This document shows positions 16,508 through 21,790 of a stretch of DNA of 21,790 nt, piece after piece. Source of the DNA: Thermoproteota archaeon (lineage in GTDB: Archaea; Thermoproteota; EX4484-205; JAAOZP01). The notes beneath the pieces are model-generated. The model ran no database searches and was not told the DNA's origin. It saw nothing but the letters and a program-made list of their open reading frames with translations. Location: contig JBNAVT010000031.1 in assembly GCA_049700215.1 (NCBI GenBank), forward strand, positions 1-21,790. The letters run 5' to 3'. Numbering within the stretch: position 1 is the stretch's first letter; each line of letters begins with the position of its first letter. Both the position numbers and the translations under genes were made by a program.

Positions 16508-16579
16508 ACGGTGGAAGCTCATAACTCAAGATCACGAGCACACGGCTCAAAGGCCAGAGAATTCATCGTCTTCCACCGC
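16508..16579 (-). ncRNA. Candidate C/D-box-like sRNA or K-turn leader
   Basis: 9-bp perfect terminal stem (16578-16570 / 16517-16509) enclosing C-like ACGAUGA, a 12-nt spacer, D'-like UUGA, a C'-like segment and D-like AUGA. Starts about 25 nt after a TATA box. Confidence 0.45.
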
Positions 16580-16603
16580 GTTAAGAGTATTCGAAAACAG
16601 GGG

Positions 16604-16616
16604 CTTTTAAGCTTTC
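16604..16616 (-). promoter_or_regulatory. BRE + TATA for the sRNA-like leader / ABC unit
   Basis: Minus strand GAAAG-CTTAAAAG. Confidence 0.55.
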
Positions 16617-16745
16617 CCATGCGGGAATAGAGCCAGGGGCGTAAAGATAAGTCTTATCCAGAATAGGCTTCTACCCGCATCGCCCGATTAAAACTGTCTA
16701 ATGAAACGCTGATACTCTCCCGGCAGCGTTAACACTAGAGGGGAT

Positions 16746-16758
16746 AAAACTTTTAACC
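16746..16758 (+). promoter_or_regulatory. tRNA promoter
   Basis: AAAAC-TTTTAACC ending 26 nt upstream of the mature tRNA 5' end. Confidence 0.55.
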
Positions 16759-16784
16759 GTCCATCCTGTTTCACTCCAGTGTCT

Positions 16785-16858
16785 GCGGCGCTGGTCTAGC
16801 CTGGTATGACACCAGCCCCCCAAGCTGGGAATCCCGGGTTCAAATCCCGGGCGCCGCA
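16785..16858 (+). tRNA. tRNA-Gly(CCC), intronless, CCA not encoded, atypical C33
   Basis: Acceptor GCGGCGC/GCGCCGC + A73. D arm GTCT-AGCCTGGTA-TGAC. Anticodon stem CCAGC/GCTGG with loop CCCCCAA (anticodon 16819-16821). T arm CCGGG-TTCAAAT-CCCGG. Confidence 0.95.
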
Positions 16859-17077
16859 TTCCCCACTCTTGTAAGCCGCTTAAGGGCCTCTAGGCAGCTC
16901 CAACGCTCGCCACCGGAAAACCTGGCGTCAAGATTGTTTTCACACGGTTAAAAAAAGAATATATGCGGGCAGCGGACACCGTTAGCATGCTGAAGAACCT
17001 GAAAAGGCTCTGCAACTCCAGTAATACGGTCAAGCCTGCTAAGGGCTTTCGAAACACCCGCCTAGGATGAGTCTGAG

Positions 17078-17380
17078 ATGGCGAGGAAGCCCGGTGACAG
17101 GGTTCTAACATGCGTCGACAAGGGTTTAAGCCGGCTTGGAGAAACCATTAAAAACGTGATATACTGGTATATTGAGAACGAGTATGGTTTGAAGAGGGAG
17201 GAGATACCTGAAAAGCCCGAGGAGTTTCTGAAGGGCCTTGAGAAAATGTACGGTCCAGGAGCCAGGGTTATAGAGAGAAACATACTTAACGAGATGAGCC
17301 AAGAATTTGGAATAGCTAGTGAAAGCCTTACAGAGGCTTTTAGGATAATCCAAGGGCTTAACTGTAAGGCAGACTGGTGA
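17078..17380 (+). CDS. Small helical protein, NitrOD5/DUF3227-like
   Basis: LGE...VIYWYIE..YGL.REEIPEKPEEF..GLEK.YG.GA.VIE pattern, recognised from Nitrososphaerota/Bathyarchaeia proteins (from memory, not searched). Confidence 0.7.
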   Translation: MARKPGDRVLTCVDKGLSRLGETIKNVIYWYIENEYGLKREEIPEKPEEFLKGLEKMYGPGARVIERNILNEMSQEFGIASESLTEAFRIIQGLNCKADW

Positions 17381-17386
17381 AGCCGG

Positions 17387-17420
17387 GGAAAGATTGGGAA
17401 AAAAGTTTGAAAAAGATTAA
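17387..17420 (-). terminator. Oligo-U terminator region of the thermosome gene
   Basis: Minus strand TTTAATCTTTTTCAAACTTTTTTCCCAATCTTTC shortly after the stop codon. Confidence 0.6.
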
Positions 17421-17427
17421 AGGGGTT

Positions 17428-19086
17428 TTAGTCTAGTTCTCCAGCGCCGCCTTCCTCAGACGGTGGCTTAGGAGCCTTCTCCTTCTCCTTAAGCTTGCCT
17501 GCGGCAATCACGTCGTCAATCCTCAGGATCATGCTTGCAGCCTCGCTTGCAGACTTCACTATCTGCTCCTTCACGAGCAGCGGCTCAACAACCTTGGCAG
17601 CCCAGCTGTCGGAAGTCTTCTTGGAGACGATGTCGATGCCGTACCACTTGTTCCCAGCCTCATGCTGCTTCCTAAGCTCAGCGATTATGTCTATCGGATC
17701 CATGCCGGCGTTTTCAGCGAGCGCTGAAGGAATAGACTCCAACGCGTCTGCGAACCTTAGCACTGCAAGCTGCTCCTTCCCAGATATTGTCTCAGCCTTC
17801 TTCCTTATTCTCATCGCAACCTCTATCTCAGGAGCCCCAGCGCCGGCGACGATATACGGGTATGTGACAACGTCCCTCACGACGCAGAGAGCATCGTGGA
17901 GAGCCCTGTCAGCCTCGTCAACCATCTTCTCAGTCCCACCCCTTATCAGGATTGTTACAGACCTAGGGTCCTTGCACTGCTCGATGAAGACCCACTTGTC
18001 CTCACCGACCTTCCTCTCTTCCACAAGCCCAGCGTAACCAAGGTCGTCCTTAGAAAGCTCGTTCACGCTGGTAACGATCCTGGCGCCGGTTGCCTTAGAG
18101 GCTTTCTCAATGTCAGACTCCTTAACTCTTCTAACTGCGATCACCCCAGCCTTGGCGAGATAGTGTTGAGCAATATCGTCAATACCCTTCTGGCAGAGAA
18201 CCACGTTAGCGCCAGCCTCAACAATCTTGTCAACCATCTCCTTCAGGATCTTCTGCTCCTCGTCGAGGAACGCTTTAATCTGTTCAGGCCTCTCAATGCT
18301 TATCTTAGCGTCGAACTCAGTCTTCTCGATTTCAAGCGGGCTGTTGAGAATAGCTATCTTAGCGTTAACGATCTTCCTAGGCATTCCTGAGTGGACGATC
18401 TCCTTGTCCAGCACGATGCCGTTTATCAGCTTGGTCTCCATCACTGAGCCGCCGGCCTTCTTCTCAACCTTAACGTCGTCAATCCTAACGTTGAACTTCC
18501 CGTTCTCCTCCCTCGCCACCTTCAGAATAGCTTCGACAGCAATCTCCGCAAGCTGGTCGCTGAACTCCCTGATAACCTTGCTCCTGAGGGCAGTCATAGC
18601 TATCAGCTTAAGAGTCTCCCTGTCCGTCGGCTTAACCTCCTGAGCAATCTCCTTCAGGAACTGGAGCGCCATGCTGGTGGCCCTCCTGTAGCCGTCGACT
18701 ATGATCGTCGGGTGGACATCCATGTCTAAAAGCTCCTCAGCCTTCTTCAAAAGCTCCCCTGCCAGGACTACCGCCGAGGTTGTTCCGTCACCAGCCTCAA
18801 CGTCAGTACTCTTAGCGACTTCAACCATCATCTTGGCAGCCGGGTGCTCAATCTCCATCTCCTTCAGAATCGTTGCACCATCGTTGGTTATCGTAACGTC
18901 CCCGAGCGAGTCGACGAGCATCTTGTCCATTCCCCTTGGGCCGAGGGACGAGCGGACTATTTCTGAAAGGGTTATTGCAGCGTTAAGATTGTTCCTCTGG
19001 GCTTCCCTGCCCCTTGTCCTAGTGCTTCCCTCTTTAAGTATTAGTACGGGTGTTCCTCCCACTGTTGCAGGTATAGCTGTAGCCAT
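17428..19086 (-). CDS. ths: Thermosome subunit (group II chaperonin)
   Basis: [32 protein letters not shown] and QKGIDD motifs. SD GAGGTGA at 19100-19094. Confidence 0.97.
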   Translation of the reverse strand: MATAIPATVGGTPVLILKEGSTRTRGREAQRNNLNAAITLSEIVRSSLGPRGMDKMLVDSLGDVTITNDGATILKEMEIEHPAAKMMVEVAKSTDVEAGDGTTSAVVLAGELLKKAEELLDMDVHPTIIVDGYRRATSMALQFLKEIAQEVKPTDRETLKLIAMTALRSKVIREFSDQLAEIAVEAILKVAREENGKFNVRIDDVKVEKKAGGSVMETKLINGIVLDKEIVHSGMPRKIVNAKIAILNSPLEIEKTEFDAKISIERPEQIKAFLDEEQKILKEMVDKIVEAGANVVLCQKGIDDIAQHYLAKAGVIAVRRVKESDIEKASKATGARIVTSVNELSKDDLGYAGLVEERKVGEDKWVFIEQCKDPRSVTILIRGGTEKMVDEADRALHDALCVVRDVVTYPYIVAGAGAPEIEVAMRIRKKAETISGKEQLAVLRFADALESIPSALAENAGMDPIDIIAELRKQHEAGNKWYGIDIVSKKTSDSWAAKVVEPLLVKEQIVKSASEAASMILRIDDVIAAGKLKEKEKAPKPPSEEGGAGELD

Positions 19087-19124
19087 TTCAATCTCACCTC
19101 AAAACCCCCCATTAATAAAAGGGG

Positions 19125-19136
19125 TATAAAAACTTT
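19125..19136 (-). promoter_or_regulatory. Thermosome promoter (BRE + TATA)
   Basis: Minus strand AAAG-TTTTTATA, back-to-back with the + strand AAAAA-CTTAAGT (19157-19168) of the divergent gene. Confidence 0.6.
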
Positions 19137-19193
19137 ATTTCAAGGGTTGAAAAGTGAAAAACTTAAGTCTAACCTCCTCCTGAAGAAATAGAA

Positions 19194-19520
19194 ATGAGCC
19201 CAGCGTTAATCTGCCCCTGCGGCAGGAGTATCGAGGACGCTTCAGAGTTTAAACTCCTCTACCTTAAGAAGGAGCTTAACGAGATAGATATCCTGTGTCC
19301 CAACGACAACTGCTACCTGAGGGAAGTAGGATACATAAAGTTTGAAATAGTCGACGGGAAACCGAGGTTCAAGGAGGCGAGCTTCTACCCCCCCTTCGTA
19401 ACCTGGAACGCCAGCCAGATGGGTAGGGAGGCTGCGCTCGCGGAGTTGAAGGCTACTCTTAAAAAGCTTGTTGAAAGAATAGACTGGAGCATGATAAAAC
19501 CGGTTGAAGCAAAATCCTAG
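19194..19520 (+). CDS. Conserved archaeal hypothetical protein, putative Zn-binding
   Basis: CPCG...CPNDNC Cys pairs, native codon usage and its own TATA-like box upstream. Confidence 0.75.
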   Translation: MSPALICPCGRSIEDASEFKLLYLKKELNEIDILCPNDNCYLREVGYIKFEIVDGKPRFKEASFYPPFVTWNASQMGREAALAELKATLKKLVERIDWSMIKPVEAKS

Positions 19521-19539
19521 TTAACCAGGCTGTCTAAGG

Positions 19540-21726
19540 CTACTCCACCAGGTCTTCGACTTTAGGAATCTCAGCCGGAAGACCCTTCCTCTTCCTTATT
19601 TCAGCGATAACGTTGGCTAGAAGCTGGCTTGGAACAGGCTCCCATCTGGCGAAGCTAGTGTCCCAGAAAACCCTGCCCCCGGTTGCGCTCCTCAAAACCT
19701 CTGAAAGGTCAAAGCTCTCAGCAGCAGGAATCTCCCCGACGATGTAGGTCATCAAGCCCTTCTGCTCAATACTCAGAACCTTGCCCCTTGCACGGCTAAT
19801 AACCCTGGTCACGTTCCCAACCTGATCCATACCCGTCCTAGCGTCCAGCCTGAGAATAGGCTCGAGAATCACAGGGTCAGCCAGGAGTATTGAAGCATGT
19901 GTAGCCCTCCTCACAGCCGGGATAATCTGCGCCGGACCATGGTGAGCAGGATCCTCGTGGATAGTCGCGTCGAGAAGCTTAACCTTCACACCCCTAACCG
20001 GCTCCCTGGCTAGAATACCCTCGTTCATCGCCTCGATGAAGCCCATCCTAATGCTTCCGGAAACCTGTTCAAGCCTCTGAACACCCTTCGTAGCGTCAAC
20101 CAGAAGGCTGAAGCTCTCGCTAACCGCTTCAACACCCCTAGCCTCGTCAGCAGGCCAGCCGCACTCCCTCAGCATCCTAGCAACCTCCCTCCTGTCAGTG
20201 AACTCCCCTATCTTACCGGTGGCGATAAGCTCTATAACCCTAGGCTCAAGAGGCTCAACCTCGATCAGAACCTTATTATGACCGTTTGGAGACCTCACCA
20301 TCACCGGCCCACCCTTCCTACGAATACTCTCACGATAGATCACGATTGGACGCGAGGTAACGATTTGAATACCAGCCTCCTGAATAAACGTCGTGGCAAC
20401 CTCAAGATGAAGCTGACCCATCCCCGAGAGAAGATACTCGCCAGTCTGCTCGTTAATAGTCACCTTAAGATTAGGATCCTCAATGCTAAGCTTATGCATC
20501 GCGCCGATAAGCTCGGGAAGCTGAGCAGGATTCCGGGGCTCAACAGCAATCGTCATAACAGGCTCAGAAACATACCTGATGCTTTCAAACGGGACGAGAT
20601 CCTGAACACTAGTAATAGTCTCGCCAGCCCTCGCAGCCTCCAAGCCGAGCAGAGCAGGAATATTGCCCGCAGACATAGCGCCAACAACCTCCCTGTGCGG
20701 ACCCATGTAGATGCAAACCTGCTGAACCCGGCCCCTAGTCCTAGAGTTAACAAGATAAACCTCCTGACCCTCGTAAACAGTGCCTGAGAAAAGCCTACCC
20801 GTAGCAACAACACCAGCCTGAGGATCAACACGAATATGCGAAGCAGCCATCACAATAGGCCCATTCGGATCACACTTCAACATCGCCCTCCCAACCTCAC
20901 TATCCAAATCACCCTTCCAAATCCTCGGAATCCTATAGGCCTGCGCAACAACAGGAGGAGGATGAAACCTGACAACCATGCTTAAAACAGCCTCGTGCAA
21001 AGGCAAAACCTTAGAAAGCTCAGCCTGCCCACCCCTCTCGTAAGCGGAAACAATATCGCTAAACTTCAACCCAGCCTTCTGCATCATGGGAATAGTGAAG
21101 CCCCACCGGTCCCTAGCACTCCCGAAAGCAACCATACCCCTCAAAGCGTCAACACGCCACTCAGACCTAAACTCCTCAGGACCATAAAGCTCAATAAGCC
21201 TGTTGAAATCAACAATAATGCGAAGCAACGTCTTCTCAACCTCCTGCGGAGAAAGCCTAAGCTCACGAATCAAACGATCAACCTTATTAATAAACAACAC
21301 AGGACGAACATACTCCTCCAAAGCCTGACGAGTAACAGTCTCAGTCTGAACCAAAACACCCTCAACACTATCAACCACAACAACAGCACCATCAATAGCA
21401 CGCAAACTACGAGTGACGTTTCCCGTGAAGTCTATGTGACCTGGCGTATCGATTAAATTAACTATATATGATTTTCCATCGATTTCATGATATAATGAAA
21501 CATTTGCAGCCTTATACGTGAACTGTCTCTCCTGCTCTATCTTCAAGTAGTCTAGTGCTAACGCTTCTCCCGCGACTGTTGGTGATAATAATCCTGAAGC
21601 TGCGAGCAGAGAGTCTGAAAGAGTGGTCTTCCCATGATCTACATGAGCAATGATTGAAATATTTCTAATGTTCTCTAGATTCCTCGAGAGACGCAATACT
21701 TCCTCCGTTGTCTTGTATCTTGGCAA
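19540..21726 (-). CDS. fusA: Translation elongation factor aEF-2
   Basis: AHVDHGKTT, DTPGHIDF, NKVD, GMGQLHLE, HEDPAH and LRSATGGR motifs. SD AGGTG at 21741-21737. Confidence 0.96.
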   Translation of the reverse strand: MPRYKTTEEVLRLSRNLENIRNISIIAHVDHGKTTLSDSLLAASGLLSPTVAGEALALDYLKIEQERQFTYKAANVSLYHEIDGKSYIVNLIDTPGHIDFTGNVTRSLRAIDGAVVVVDSVEGVLVQTETVTRQALEEYVRPVLFINKVDRLIRELRLSPQEVEKTLLRIIVDFNRLIELYGPEEFRSEWRVDALRGMVAFGSARDRWGFTIPMMQKAGLKFSDIVSAYERGGQAELSKVLPLHEAVLSMVVRFHPPPVVAQAYRIPRIWKGDLDSEVGRAMLKCDPNGPIVMAASHIRVDPQAGVVATGRLFSGTVYEGQEVYLVNSRTRGRVQQVCIYMGPHREVVGAMSAGNIPALLGLEAARAGETITSVQDLVPFESIRYVSEPVMTIAVEPRNPAQLPELIGAMHKLSIEDPNLKVTINEQTGEYLLSGMGQLHLEVATTFIQEAGIQIVTSRPIVIYRESIRRKGGPVMVRSPNGHNKVLIEVEPLEPRVIELIATGKIGEFTDRREVARMLRECGWPADEARGVEAVSESFSLLVDATKGVQRLEQVSGSIRMGFIEAMNEGILAREPVRGVKVKLLDATIHEDPAHHGPAQIIPAVRRATHASILLADPVILEPILRLDARTGMDQVGNVTRVISRARGKVLSIEQKGLMTYIVGEIPAAESFDLSEVLRSATGGRVFWDTSFARWEPVPSQLLANVIAEIRKRKGLPAEIPKVEDLVE

Positions 21727-21773
21727 GGCTGTTTAACACCTTTGGCTTAACCAGGGTTTCTCTTAAAAAAGGG

Positions 21774-21787
21774 TTATTAAGCCTTTC
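21774..21787 (-). promoter_or_regulatory. Probable EF-2 promoter
   Basis: Minus strand GAAAGG-CTTAATAA. Confidence 0.5.
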
Positions 21788-21790
21788 CTT

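Noticed and set aside
16859-17077. Integrated element at the tRNA-Gly 3' end, or small ORF 16963-17070
   Set aside because: No integrase or duplicated tRNA 3' end is seen. The 35-aa ORF has no SD or motif.
1-21790. CRISPR arrays, IS elements, inteins, tRNA introns
   Set aside because: No tandem repeat-spacer pattern, transposase, intein-sized insertion or BHB intron is seen.

Overview
Archaeal chromosomal window from a TACK-type lineage. Evidence for this is BRE/TATA promoters, GGAGGUG Shine-Dalgarno sites, a thermosome, aEF-2 and a NitrOD5-like protein; the exact lineage cannot be fixed from sequence alone. It carries two branched-chain amino acid (BCAA) operons about 13.7 kb apart on opposite strands: leuA-leuC-leuD (+) and ilvB-ilvN-ilvC-ilvD (-). 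Other genes are rnp4 (partial), MarC, a Zn-ribbon KaiC/RAD55 ATPase convergent with a PRC-barrel/Zn-ribbon protein, argH, an orphan m4C-type methyltransferase, a beta-CASP nuclease, a degenerate ABC ATPase plus permease, tRNA-Gly(CCC), thermosome and EF-2. Main find: the leuA and ilvB 5' leaders share a homologous ~80-93 nt structured RNA motif that begins near the predicted TSS. Its consensus is UUAGGAGGUG-N22-ACGCYCMAAGGGGGCGRGAC-var-CUGC[hairpin]GCAAGC-N3-ACCUC. Its 3' strand can pair either with a 5' decoy SD or with the true SD, making it a candidate archaeal BCAA-regulon riboswitch or translational switch. Also notable are a C/D-box-like RNA ahead of the ABC pseudo-ATPase, C33 in the tRNA-Gly, an HHG instead of HRG diphthamide loop in EF-2, and a sharp codon-usage breakpoint inside the EF-2 gene.
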